A model generated the notes under the pieces. It was not told where the DNA came from and did no database searches. It saw only the letters and a program-made list of their open reading frames with translations. From assembly GCF_009914755.1 (NCBI RefSeq), contig NC_060928.1: 64,000 nt of DNA, one strand, 5' to 3'. This DNA comes from the human T2T-CHM13v2.0 reference genome, Homo sapiens. The position numbers were made by a program, and so were the translations under genes. Position 1 is the first letter of the stretch. Each line of letters starts with the position of its first letter. Shown here piece by piece: positions 15,015 through 28,719 of the stretch.

Positions 15015-17859
15015 ACAATGAGAACAAATGGACACAGGAAGGGGAATATCACACTCTGGGGACTGTTGTGGGGTGGGGGGAGGGGGGAGGGATAGCATTG
15101 GGAGATATACCTAATGCTAGATGACGAGTTAGTGGGTGCAGTGCACCAGCATGGCACATGTATACATATGTAACTAACCTGCACAATGTGCACATGTACC
15201 CTAAAACTTAAAGTATAATAAAAAAAAAAGAAGCCAAGCAAAAGTTTGCCATCAGATTGTGCTTGCAATACCTGTTTGAATTGGGTGGGTTTCTATTTTT
15301 CAAAGGTCCCAAAACAAGTTGAGGTTTGTGGACCCGTTGGAAAGTTGCATTATTTACTTACCACAGGTCAGGAACCTTGTAAAGGAACCACATAGACAAG
15401 ATACCAGGCCAATATTTCAAGGGTTTTTTTTATCAGTTCTATAAAGTCAATTTTAATTCCTCATAGCAGTCTGCTCATATGTAAAATGTTTGCCATTCCA
15501 GTCAAAGCCTTGGTAAAATAACCAGTGTCTTGAATTGTGTGCTACTTATTCCAATGGCATGATTTTCAAAGTTATTAGTATCCTGTATTCAAGAGTACTT
15601 GTCAGTCTTTTTCATAATTTTCTTAAAGAAACAGCAAATTTTGAACCGTAGGTGTTTATAAACTGCTTTTTGAGGAGAACCAAATAAAACAATAATTCTC
15701 TGTGAATGATTATTTCTGTCATAAAACAATTTAACTTAATAATCTTAATTCTTACTGATATCAGAGTTTTAGTACTCTTCTACAATTTTGGAACACATAT
15801 TAATAATGAATTTATGTGAATATAATCCAAAGAAAGTTAAACACAGTTTCTTATTTATCACTACTTGCTGTAAGATTTTAACATACCAAATATTTATGAG
15901 GTGTCTCTCTTAAACTTTTAAAAGTCCTAATATCTAAAAGGTTAGTTTGAGGTAAAAAAGACTGAATTTAAAATTTGAGATTTTGATTTTGAGAAGATTG
16001 TCAGATGTTATAGGTTGAAAACACTTGTTCTAAATAGGATCACAGATCACTGCAAAATCACTCATTTATTTAGCCAAAGTGATAAAAATTTCAGAAAGCT
16101 AAAACTTTTACCTTTTGTTAGAGAAGAGATTTAGTTTCCCAAGCAAACATAAGATCTAACAAAGACACCATGATGAGTCTGAATATCTCTCCTTCTCTTT
16201 CATTGCTATTATTATTTTTGCTGTTCATTCCAAAGGTAAACAAAAATATTTTACTATATTGTATTAATATACACAAAAATCTTATTAAAACAAGAAAACC
16301 AAATCCAACCTTTGCATCCATGTGCTATTAATGCTAAAGGTAGTTTTAATAAAATCTTATAAAAAAATCGGACCACAAAGTATGTTTTCCCTAAACCTTT
16401 TATGGCCTCTTACATATTTTCTACCCTCTTTCTTTTATAAAATGTTTATATCTATTATCTTTAGTTTTTCAATTTTAAACAACTCTTAAAAACCTCTAAA
16501 CTGGACAAAATTACTTTTCGTTGAACAAAAGTCACATTACACATTACCTTTTTTTTTTTTTTAACAAGAAACACATCCTACTTTTCTTATAGTAAGAAAT
16601 TGTACTATGTACCAAATGCAGAGCCCGGCCAAATGACAGCTGTGAAGACAGTGCCTGGAAAATCCAATTTCTCTTAGTATGGCCAAAAGTCACAGCTGGT
16701 CCAGGAAACAAGACTCAAGTGTTGTCCTTACGCCTCACTTTGATTACTTCTCTAAACCTCATAATCTGAATGCTCAACTCCAAATATATAAGCTCACAGA
16801 CAAATTAAGTAATTATCAAAAATGAAATCATAAAAGCAAGAGTTTTATAATCTTAAAAATTATTTTCCTGACAGTATAAAAGTATCTGACCAATGCACCT
16901 AGGCAAAAATGTCCACATTCAATTTTGAAGACATTTTTCTTTTAATTTACCATCAAGCTTAAAATTATGCTTATTAATCATAGATTACTAAAATATATGA
17001 ACTTGGAAAACATTTGAGATAGTTATTTATTAGTACTCATTTGTTTATAGGTCAATTCGATATTATATAGATCATCTATAAATAAGCATGCACACATTTT
17101 TCCAAAATGACATAGCAAAGGCTTTTAGCATGCCTCAGCCACTTGAAAATACCAAGATAGCATATAAAGATCAACTCTGTGAGCTTTAAGACAGAAAATG
17201 GGAATCCTCCAGAATTGTGAAGGACATCCCATATTCCAGGGAGGAGAACACAAACAAACAGGCTCCATGATGGTGTCTGAGTGGCAGAAGTGAGGATAGC
17301 CTCAGTATATGAGAAGGGCAGAGAGTCTCCCTTGGTGACTTACATTTTCACAGAGGAACTGAGCAACTCAGGCCAATGGGGAGCACTATGTTTCTCCCAA
17401 GCCCTGAAGCTAACCTGGGAAGAGGCTTGGAGATCTTGTAAGGGAAAGACAGTAGGAAAATCTGCAGACATAGTCTCAGACCTAGGACCAAGAGCAGGGT
17501 ATCATTTTTAATACATACTTTTAATCCATACATAAAAATGTAGCCATTCTCTAGTGAACCGGCAGCATGGCCATGAGGCATTTTATTCCCAGGCCAGAGT
17601 GTAAGGCACCTGCTGATAAGTCACATAGGAACCTCCTAAGCCAGAACTGTGGAAGGAACTTCAGTAGTAGGTGCTGGAATTGTGCTCTCCCCAACTGCAA
17701 GCCTGGGGTGGGAAGAGAGTTGCTACAGCGGCAGTTTCTTCTGGGTGGTAAGACACAGCTAGGGCCAGCTTGGCAACCTGGAACTGATCTGCATATACCA
17801 TTTCTGGGTGCCCCAGCCTGTTCCTCTGAAATTGTAGTGCAGCAGGTCCTACTGTGCTT

Positions 17860-18680
17860 CACGTCCAAGCAGAAACACAGGCATTTGGAGCATCTGCTTG
17901 CTGGGACCAGCCATCAGAGCTGCCCTCCTCTTAATGGTCACAGATTGTGCTGCACAGGGGCCTTCTCTGCTCCACACCCAAGCAGAACTCCAGGCAGGCA
18001 TTTGGAGCACCAGCTTACCTAGGTTCAGCACCGTGAGCCTTGTCCTTCCAGGACATAGATCATGTTGCAGTGAGCCTCTCTCTGTTCCAAGCTCAGATGG
18101 ATTTGCAGGCATTTGGAACATCAGCTTGCCTAAATTTGAAGCCTGAGCTGTCCTGCCTTTCCTATGCAGACATCCTGGTGCAGGGGGATCCTCTGCACTA
18201 CAGGATCAGGCATATCTCCAGGTGTTTGGGGCACCCTCTCACCTGGATCAGCAACCTGACCTGTCCCACCCTTTCTGTGCAGAGATCCTGGTACAGGGAT
18301 GCCTTCTCTGCTTTATGCACAGGCATATCATCAGGCATTCAAAGCACCCACGTGGTACAGAGTCTGAGCTGCCTGACACTCCAGTGCAGACATTTGGGTA
18401 CAGGGGATTGAGAGGGCTATCTGCTACACATTCAGGCAGATGTTCATGTATTCAGAGCACCTGCCTGCCTGGTTTAGCAGCCTGAGTCACCCCATTTCTC
18501 ATGTGCAGAAGAATCCTCTCCAATTCATGCCTAGACAGCTATCTAGGCATCTGAAACACCTGCTCTCCTGGATTAGGAGTTTTGACTGACCCCCAGCCCC
18601 TTGCAGAGAACACGGAGCTGAGGATGTTTCCCAGCTCCATGCCATGCCTAGGCATATGACTGGGTGCTTTGTGGCTGCCC
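17860..18680 (+). repeat. Degenerate tandem array of ~110-118-bp monomers in the old L1 5'UTR (about 7 units)
   Basis: The motif caggcatttggagcacc…cctgag…tgcaga recurs at ~17878, 17996, 18106, 18220, 18332, 18445 and 18544. Confidence 0.75.
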
Positions 18681-20564
18681 ACCGGATTCTCCCTTGGCAC
18701 TGTGCTTGTTCCTGTCATTAGGGCATGGGCCTGCTCAGGGCCTGCCAGGTCTTCCCCTGCCTTTTGTGGCCCCTGCCTGCTCAGGGCTGAGTAAGTAGCT
18801 AAGGCCACTGTGAATTTCATGAATCAGCCCATTGCCTGAGACAACAAAGAGCTTCTGCCAGTAAACAAGTATCAAGTATATAGCCATGTTGACCACAGCC
18901 AGCCCTTATCTGTAAGTGCCATTTACTGGCTTATAGGTCAAGCTTCATAGCCAAATATAAAACCTGCCAAAGAAGTGCATAGGACTATAGAAGCAAAGCT
19001 AAAAGACCCTATCAAGCACTCTCTATAGCCATACACCCTCAGGAGGGTGAGAAAAAAAGAGGGAAATAAAAAATAATATTCAAGGAAAATAAAGAAAAAT
19101 AAAATTCTACCTGCATGAAAATGATTGTAAAAATTAGAAGTACCAGCATTTCCAGATGAGAAGAATGAGAGAATTCTGGCACCATGAAAAATCTGGATGT
19201 AGCGACACAACCAAAGAACCACACTAGCTATTCTGCCATGGTCCCTAAATAAAACACACATTCAGAAATGACAGATAAAGAATTCAAATCATTAATTACA
19301 AGGAAGCTCAATGAAATCTTTCTTGACCTATGAAAAGATGTATACAGCCACATAATAATAGTGGAGAACTAAAACATCCCACTGACAACATTAAAAAAGT
19401 CATTGAGTCAGAAAACTAACAGAAATTCTGAACTTAAACTTGACACCTGACCAATTGGACCTAATTGAAATTTACAGAATACTCCACCCGGCAACTACTG
19501 AATACATATTCTTCTCATCTGCACATGGAACATACTCTAGGATTCAGCACGTTCTTGACCATAAAGCAAGTCTCAATAAATTCAAAAAGAATCAGTAACT
19601 AAAAATCTACCAATCAAAAAAGCCCTAGGCCAGATAAATTCATACCCAAATTCTACAGGAAATGCAAAGAAGAGCTAGGATCACTTATCGGGAAACTATT
19701 TGGAGAAAGGACTCCTTCCTAACTCATTCTATAAAGCCAGAAACACTCAGATATGAAAACCAGGCAAACACAACAAAAAGAGGAGACTATAGGCCAATAT
19801 CATTAATGAACGTAGATGCAAAATTTTCAACAAAATACTAGCAAAACAAATTCAACAGCACATCAAAAAGTAAATTCACCATAATCATCTAGGCTTTATA
19901 CCTGGGATTCAAGGTTGGTTCAACATATGCAAATCAATAATTGTGATTCACTACATAAATAGAATTTAAATATATATATATATTTATATATAGATAATAT
20001 ATATATCATATATATATAATCATCTTAATAGATGTAGTATATATATATATATATATATATATAAAATCATCTTAATAGATGTAGTAAAAGCTTTCAATGA
20101 AATTCAACATTCATTCATAATAAAAACATCCAAGATAATAGGCATTGAAGGAACATACCTCAAAATAATAAGAGCCATCTATGACAAATCCACAATCAAC
20201 ATTATACTGAATGGACAAAAACTGGAAGCATTCCACTTAAGAACTGGAAGAAGACAAAATGCCCACTCTCATCATTCTTATTTAACAGAGTACTGGACGT
20301 GCTAGCCAGTGCAATCAGGCAAGAGCAAGAAATACACAGCATTCAAAAAGGAAAAGAGGAAATCAACTTATCTCTCTTCACTGACAATATAATTACATAC
20401 CTGGAAAACCCTAGAGACCCTGCCAAAAGGCTTCTAGAACTGAGACATAACTTCAGTTAAGTTTCAGAATACAAAAACAATATACAAAAATCAACAGCAT
20501 TGCTATGCTCTGATAACATTCAAGCTGAAAGCCAAATTAAGAACCGAATCCCATTTAAAATAGA

Positions 20565-20568
<4 letters not shown>

Positions 20569-20609
<41 letters not shown>
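20569..20609. repeat. (CA)n microsatellite
   Basis: Seen directly in the sequence. Confidence 0.95.
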
Positions 20610-20613
<4 letters not shown>

Positions 20614-22044
20614 ACTAGGGATACCTTTAACCAAAGAGGTGAATCATCTCTATAAAGAGAACTACAAAACCATGCTAAAGTAAAACAGATGACACAAACT
20701 AATGGAAAAACAAAACAAAACATTCTATAGCTCATGGATTGGAAGAATCAGAACACTAAAATAGCCACATTACAAAAACAATCTACAGATAAAGTGTTTT
20801 TCTTATCAAAGTACCAATGACATTTTTTACAGAACTGTTTTAAGATGTACATGGAACAGAAAAAGAGCCTGAATAGCCAAAAAAAAAAAAAAAAAAAAAA
20901 AAGCCAAGCAAAAAGAACAAAGCTGGAGGAATCACATTACCTGACTTCAAGCTATACTATAAAGCTACAGTAAACAAAACAGCTTGGTATTGGTATGAAA
21001 ACAGACACATAGACCAATGGTACAGAATAGAGATCACAGAAATAAGTCCATGGATATCAGGTTTTTAATAAAGTTGAAAAAATAAGCAATGAGGAAAGGA
21101 CTCCCTATTAAATAATTGGTGCTAGTATAGCTGGCTAGTTATGTACAGAAAAATGAAACTGGACCCCCAACTTTCACCATATATAAAAATTAACTTAAGA
21201 TAAATTAAATATTTAAAGTAAGACCTCAGACTATAAGAATCCTAGACGAAAATCTAGCCAACACTTTTCTGAACATCAGTCTTGGCAAAAAAATTATGAC
21301 TAAATCCTCAAAAGTAACTGCAACAAAAATTGGCAAGTGGGACCTAATTAAACTAAGAAGCTTCTGTACAGCAAAAGAAACTATCAACAGAGTAAACACA
21401 CAACCTACAGAATTGGAGAAAATATTCACAAACTATACATCTAACAAGGGTTTAATATAAGGAATCTATAAGGAACTAATACAACTTAACAAGCAAAACT
21501 ATGAACAATCCCATGAAAAAATGAGCAAAATGCATGAACAGACATTTCTGAAAAGAAGACATAAAACTGACCAACAAAGAAATAAAAAAATGCTCAACAT
21601 CACTAATCATCAGAGAAATGCCAATCAAAACCGCAATGAGACACCATCTCACACTAGTCAGAATGGTTATTATTAAAGAGTCAAAACAATAGATGCTGGT
21701 GAGGCTGTGGAGAAAAGGGAATGCTTATACACTGTTGGTAGGAAAATAAATTAGTTCAGGTACTGTGAAAAGCGGTTTGAAGATTTCTCAAATAACTTAG
21801 AATTACCATTAAACCAAGCAATCTCATTGCTGGGTATATATCCAAAAGAAAACAAATCATTCTACCAAAATTATACATACACTTGCATGTTCATTGCAAC
21901 ACTATTCAAACTGATCAACAGTAACTAGGTAATAAGGTATTTTCATAAACCATAAACTGGAAGAGATCACCAAATGTATCCATATTCATATAATAATATA
22001 TTTAATATCAAATATCCAATAAAATATTCAATAATCCAATATCA

Positions 22045-22215
22045 ATATAAGTCCCTGTTTAAAAGGAAGCAAATGGATAATCAAGGAACATGAGATAATC
22101 CTGAAAACCACAGAATACAGAAATCTCTGTGTCGTGTGTCTGTATTCTGTGGTTTTCAGGATTATTTCATGTTCCTTGATTATCCACTTGCTTCCTTTTA
22201 AACAGGGACTTATAT
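22045..22215. repeat. Inverted repeat: 77-bp arms (22045-22121, 22139-22215), 17-bp spacer, 2 mismatches
   Basis: atataagtccctgtttaaaagg…cacagaatacaga pairs with tctgtattctgtg…ccttttaaacagggacttatat. Confidence 0.95.
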
Positions 22216-22448
22216 GAGAACACATGGACACAGGAAGGGGAACATCACACACCGGGGCCTGTTGTGGGGTGGGGGGAGTGGGGAGGGAGCATTAGGAGAT
22301 ATACCTAATGTTAAATGATGAGTTAATGGGTGCAGCACACCAACATGGCACATATATACATATGTAACTAACCTGCACGTTGTGCACATGTACCCTAAAA
22401 CTTAAAGTATAATAAAAAAATAAAAACAAAACAAACAAACAAACAAAA
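22214..22448 (+). mobile_element. 5'-truncated L1 3' end (L1PA4/5-like) with A-rich/(CAAA)n tail
   Basis: atgagaacacatggacacaggaagggg…attaggagatatacctaatgttaaatgatgagttaatggg…aagtataataaaa. Confidence 0.92.
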
Positions 22449-22469
22449 CCAAATATAGTAAGTGGGTCT

Positions 22470-22730
22470 ATTTTAGATCTGGATCAAATTAACTGTAAAA
22501 ACACAAAAAATTATTTTAGTAAGTAGGTAAATTTGCATATGGACTGAATATTAGAGGATATTAAGGAATTATTGTTAATTCTGTTAAATGTGATAATGAT
22601 GCACTGTAGTTACTTAAGAAAACATTTTTAATTTTGTTTTAAGATAATGAAATATTTAGGGATGAAATGACAGGATGAATCAATTTGATTAAAATGTTTT
22701 AGCAAAAAAAAAAAAAGAAAAAAAAGAAAT
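22470..22730 (+). mobile_element. Ancient L1 (L1MC/L1ME) 3'UTR fragment
   Basis: tggactgaatattagaggatattaaggaattattgttaatt…gaaatatttagggatgaaatga motif. Confidence 0.6.
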
Positions 22731-23129
22731 CTCTAATGAATCTTCCTTTAATTAGTGAGTCTTCACTTGGGATAATAGTTTGCCAGGCCTTAGAAAAATA
22801 GTCAAAGTCAAAAGGGGTTTTTGATTTTCAACTTGGGCTGAATGAAATATATTTTAGTTCTAGTAAGTATAAAAAGTTATGAGTATTTGTACATACTGCA
22901 CCCTAAAATTACTAAACTAGCTGGCCAAAACATTCTACCAGAAAAATCTCTAAAATTAATAGATGTTACTGGAAATATCTAATTGAAGTAGGACATGGTC
23001 AACAAGGTAAAGGCAGGATACACATCATAGTATGGAGGAAGAGAAAGAAAGTGAAAAATTAATGAAAGCTTGTTGTACCTACATGCCAACAAACAGATGA
23101 AATATTTAACTCACTATATTAAAACCACT

Positions 23130-23550
23130 TGTATTAGTACATTTTGCTTTCTATAAAGTAGTACCTGAGACTGAGTAATTTATAAAGAAAAGAGATTAAT
23201 TTTTGGCTCATGGTTCTGCAGACAGTACAAGAAGCAAAGTGTTGGCATCTGCTTAATGTGAGGGCCTCAGGAAGCCTACAATTATGGCATAAGGTGAAGG
23301 ACAGTAGTGTGTCACATAGTGAGATTAGGAGCAAGAAAAAGAGAGGAGGTGGTGTCAGGCTCTTTTTAACATTCAAATCTCATGTAAACCAACAAAATGA
23401 GAACTCACTTATTACCTCGGGGGGAAGGCACCAAGCCATTCATTAGGGATCCACCTCCATGATTCAAATACCTTCCACCAGGCCTGAATTCCAACATTGG
23501 AGATCACATTTCAACATGAGATTAAGGGGACAAACATACAAACTATATCA
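23130..23550 (-). mobile_element. MaLR solo LTR (MSTB-like)
   Basis: tgtattagtac…caaactatatca termini with an MST-type body. Confidence 0.88.
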
Positions 23551-24629
23551 CCAACTAAAAATAAAATTATGAAAATAATTGCAGCGATAAGAGAATAAGT
23601 CAGAATAAGCTTAAATTAGAAAGGTGACAAGAAAAATTTTAAAATGGATAGGTACACTCAGAAAAAAAGGAATTAAAAATTAACTCAAAAATAAAGATTA
23701 AAATTAAAATAGACACCAACATACAAATATATGAATGGATAATGAGGAATGTGTAATAAATAAAATAGAAGATGTAAAGTAGAAAAGAAAAAATGGAATT
23801 AAACCAAAATAAGAAGGAAATTATGACATGAGTGATTGAGGCATTTGGCAAAACCACATTATGAAAGCAACTACAAAACTGGACAAAATTGTGAAAAATA
23901 CAAATTGTAGCAATCTGTAAATTGATTAAAGGAATACAACGAATTTGAAGCTTTTTCTCATGAAAATGATTTCACTTGGGTATGAAGCAGTCTGTGGCAC
24001 TAGAGCTCATGGCTTCTCTCATATGCCCTCCTTGGTTTAGTTAAGAGTAGAAATTCTACCAGAGTAAGGCAGATCATGAAAACTATCAGATTCCATGTCA
24101 GAGGAGGCTTATAATTTGAAGCAGAAATAAATTTTTTTGAAGTCAAATAAGTCTGAGGTTGCTGTTCTGGTTGGGAAATGAATGACTTGTAGAATCCTTA
24201 CAGATTTAACGTGTAATAAGACTTGATAAATGTGACTGTGTTCCTGTTAATCAAGACATCAATAAATATAATGAATAATACATGTTACATTTTAAAATGT
24301 ACACCTTAGACAATGGAGCGGGAATGAGGCTTCTGCTCTAGTAAGGACATGCATGGTTTGACTTCTTTACCAGTGGCAAGACAAGGAGCACCCGGCTGGC
24401 TTTCTTATTAGCTTGGCCAGTTGTGAGGCAGAAGAGGCCTCATAAAATTTTATTGATACACTAAAAGTGCAAGAGCCATAAATCTATTCCATCACTATAC
24501 CTGAATGCCTGGAACTCTGAAGTATGTCACATGACAATATTTCCAGAAAGAAAAATAGTTAAGGTCATTATTTAGCAATTTTTGACATATTCAGATATAA
24601 TAATGAATTTGAATCCATTTTTAATATTT

Positions 24630-24897
24630 GACTGCAGATAACTTTCAAGCCCCACCATTGCCTCTGCCTCTTCTGCCCCATAAACGGCCAAGCTAATAAG
24701 AAAGCCAGCCAGGTGCTTCCTGTCTTTCCACTGGTGGAGAAATCAAACCATGCAAGTCCTTACTAGAGTGAAGCCTCACTCCAGCTCCATTTGTCTAATC
24801 ATGATAAAAGTCAAGCCAGTCCTTGGTACTTGTGTGGCACATCAGTGTCAACACTGTTGTGGCGGGTCCACTCCACCTCTGAAGAGTTACTACAACA
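24630..24897 (+). mobile_element. ERVL-class LTR fragment (MER54-like)
   Basis: ttctgcccca…caagctaataagaaagcc…aaatcaaaccatgcaag; ends …actacaaca. Confidence 0.55.
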
Positions 24898-27341
24898 TGT
24901 GTGAAAATGTTTGTATCCACTTACTATAGATAATGTAATGGAAAGTAAAAATCAGCTAAAAAAAAGAGGTGCTAAGTGTAGGTTTGAAGCTTAAAAATAG
25001 TGGTTTTAATATAGATATTTTCCATATAGTAATGATGATATGTTTGGATATATTTTTCTGTTTTCACATGTACTGCTTGTAGGAGAACAACTATTAGTAC
25101 CACAAATTATATCAGTTAGAAACGGTTGAATCTCTTTCAATGCTATCACATCTGCCTAGTAAAGAGTGGGCTATCCATAGGTACCACATGGTAAAACATA
25201 GTCATGCCAACCTTTCACAGTTTATTTGTAAGCTTCTTCCTAGTATATATGGGTTTACTATTTCAAACTAGTTAGACCTCAATTCCTAGTAACTGTATAA
25301 AATTTGAGTGCAAAGTTTTAAGAATAAAAACACATAACCAACAATGCCAGCAAAATGAAACACTAATAAACTTTGCAACGGATTAAATTGCTCAGTGAAT
25401 GAATTTTACTCTCTTTCAGTTGTTTGACCTGGTTAGTTTATGTAGAAAAATAGCTGATGTTCTGTGTATTGGTGTAATTGCTTCTCTTGAATTAAAAGCT
25501 TCTTAAACAATTCTAATCTTACTTCTTAAATCACTCTTCAATAATGTGTGTTGCTTAATTTTCACAGCTTCTGAGCACATAACACAATTAATTTAAACAA
25601 GCCTTCAAGCCAATGAGATTTTTTTATGAATATGAGATTAAAAGCTGGAAATGATTATTGCTGTGAGAATTACTGAGTCCCATTATTTTTGTCAAATCAG
25701 TCTATAGATTTCAAGGCATGTAGGAAAACTTTTTTCCTCTTTTTATTTCTTGCTATTGTTTTCTTCATTATTTCACTTCTTCTCTAAATGTGGCTTGATA
25801 TTTACTCCTTACTTAAAAATAGACATAACATTTTATAATTGAATTTGCCACAGCATCTTTTAATATCAAAACTGCCTGTATCATGGGAAGTTATAGGTAA
25901 TCACTTTTTAAACATTATTTGTTTTTAACCCGACAAATTAATAATTTATTTATATAAATTACTAAGGTAGTCAATTATTTTCTAGGTTATTACAAATATA
26001 TGATTATGAGTACTATTCCATGACTAAACATGATGAAAATAACTATATAAATAAATATATTAAATTAATACTACATGCTAATTATTGTGCTAACCACTGA
26101 AAAAACTAGAAGATTTAACTTAAAAATGGAAAATCGTCCCAAATGTTGCTTTTTTTTCTGACTTGGGTGCCCCTAATGTAATGAGATAAATGAGGGAAAG
26201 AATTGACTTCTGCCCAAAAATTAGGGAAATTTATCAAACATACAAAAAGTATGAAGAATATAATAAATGCATACATAATTTAAGAAGTAACACAGAGACA
26301 ATGTGGTCCAGTCCTGTGTAATTCACATATAGTGTCATATTGCTGAATCTCTCCATGCTCCTTCACATTTGGAGATCACCACTATCTTAAATTAGATGTT
26401 TATCATTCCCATGCATAGCTTCATACTATCATTACAAGTGTACATACAATATACAAGTGGTATATTAGATTAATGACCTAGTTTAAACTTCCCACAAGTG
26501 GCATTATACTCTGAATTTGTTTACAAAGTTCAAAATGGTTTATCTTCCTTACAGATGGCTTTCAAATATTGATCCAAAAGCCCAAATTTCTTTAATCATG
26601 TAGTTCTGTTTACCATCAATATGCGGCTTTAGTGATGACTGTGTTAGTGTGAGTCAGATTAAGAAAAGAGGAGAGACAAAGATTGTATGTACATTAATAT
26701 ATTATATTACACCAAAACACAGGAATATAATAGAGCTGCTAAAACAGGTAGATCTATATACCCATGTGGATTTTTCTAGTGTTAAATGGGAAAGACAAGA
26801 ACACTGAGCATTATGTGAAGTATGCAAATGTATATATAAAAGTATTACTTTATACTTAGACAATATATGTATATATTCCCAAAAATATATAGGATGCATT
26901 GTCTACTTTGAATTTTATACAAATTGTATCATTATTTATGTATATTTTTGCAATATTTTTATTTGGTCAAAAGATTTTTGTGGAATTCATCAATGTAAAT
27001 ACTGGAATCTCACTGCAATTATTGTCATTGTAGTAAAGTATCATCTGCAAAAATTTAGCAGAATTTATCTTTCCTTTTACTAGTGGATTTTATTCTGGTT
27101 TAGGCCTTTTTGGTTAATTGCTGCAAAAAGCATTCTTTAAAGGATTTTTATGTGCTTTTGTCAGTTTTTCAGCAAGAAATTTCTGACTATGTGCATCATA
27201 AGCTTTGCTGGATATATTCAAAATCTTTTCTATTGTAGTTGTACAAAGGGTTATGTATAAGAGCTAAATGAGATCACATCATTAACATTTATCTCATTGA
27301 ACATTTATTTTTATTTCTTTCATTAATTAATGTTTCATATT

Positions 27342-27401
27342 TTAATTGCATTTAGGAGCTTCAATTGCATTTAGGAGCTTAATTGCATTTAGGAGCTTCA
27401 A
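27342..27401. repeat. Three tandem copies of an 18-19-bp unit, aattgcatttaggagctt(c)
   Basis: Seen directly in the sequence. Confidence 0.95.
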
Positions 27402-28719
27402 CTCTTAATTACTAGGTTTCAATAGTTAGTAGAATAAGAAACACAATTAGGTACATTTTCTAATGTTACCAAGCATAAATAAGTTAAGGCCAAGAGAAGG
27501 AGTGAATTTGTAAAGGTAGCTAGATTTTTATCAACTACTTCAAAAAGTTAATAGATACTCCATTAAATTTAAAAACGGTCTGAAATATAAACATGTTATA
27601 TAAAAATTGAGTTAAACAACAGTAATAAACTTTCAGAGTTACAAAGTTTTTTTCTTTTAATAGTAATGCTAGCAATGGGCAAGTGGAAGTTACTTTTAAT
27701 AAGAACACACAGACACAAGATATGTATGAATATGTATATACACACACTTGCTTAAATATACATAAAATACCTCTGTGAGAATATATAAGAAATGGGCAAC
27801 TGCAACCAAAACTGGTTGTGGAAAGAGGAGAGCAGGGGCAGTGTGTAAGAAGAAGGCTTCTCTTTCATTGAATGTCATTTTTTCCTTTTGTTTTCTTCGC
27901 TTGTGATTAAATCATCGATTAAGAAATAACCAAAATATAATTTTAAAAAATTGAGTCTACCAAGCTGTAATCAACTATGTTTTAACTATCTCTGGAGTAT
28001 AGTAGTTGTCAAAATAGATTTAACAAAATATTTAATTCAGAGATAAAAAAAAGAAAGTATGTGTAATATCTATATTTAATGAGTTATTAATTTCTGGATA
28101 TTTATAATACAGAGAGCTCATAACTTGATCTGTCACTAAGAATATCCATACTGGTAATAGGTTTACAAAAGACCTCTAATATTTTCTAAAGAATGCACTT
28201 TATATTTTTTGCATTGGCAATGATGTCTTAAAAAAATCACATTTATTAATTTTGAATTCTATTTACAGATAATAAAGTTTGAAGTTATTCATCTTAACAT
28301 AGAACCTTCATTTATTTTATATAACATGGTGACATTGGCAATTGAGCAATTGTTACTACTTTTGTATGTTTTACATTTCATAACTATATCAGAAAAATCT
28401 AATTGTAGAATTTGATCTCCTTTCTTTCCTACCTTCTAACACTCTATGATTTTCAATTATTTCTCAAATTTGCATACATTGACATTTTCAACATTTAAAA
28501 AATTACATAGTTTTATTTTGCTAGGCTGAAATGTGAAAGCATCTAGCAATTATGGCTCATTGATATTCAATTTAATAAATGTACTTCTCAAATAAGAACA
28601 GCATTTATCATTTTCAAAACTGTCTCCTGGCTTACTTTGTTGTGATGAATCTTTAATTTTCATATCTACATCTAATATGCTACAACATTTACAAAGTTGT
28701 GAATTTTTTTGATACTGTG

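Larger units (their letters stand above)
17100..21908 (+). mobile_element. Older primate L1 (L1PA15/16-like) with 5'UTR, two internal deletions and no 3' end
   Basis: 5' end ggcttttagcatgcctcagccacttgaaaa…aagatcaactctgtgagcttt; ORF1 start near 19160-19320; degenerate ORF2 colinear with the young L1 from ~19320 to ~21908. Confidence 0.8.

Noticed and set aside
15059-15092. G-quadruplex-forming tract
   Set aside because: A standard feature of every L1PA 3'UTR, not locus-specific.
17860-18680. Repeat array as CRISPR-like
   Set aside because: The units are degenerate over their whole length with no unique spacers, lie in an L1 5'UTR, and have no cas genes nearby; the DNA is eukaryotic.
20875-20915. 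A-tract followed by aagccaagcaaaa, resembling the L1PA3 3' junction/TSD
   Set aside because: It sits at the position of the normal L1 ORF2 sequence gccaa…ctaagcaaaaagaacaaagc; a local A expansion and a chance short match explain it.
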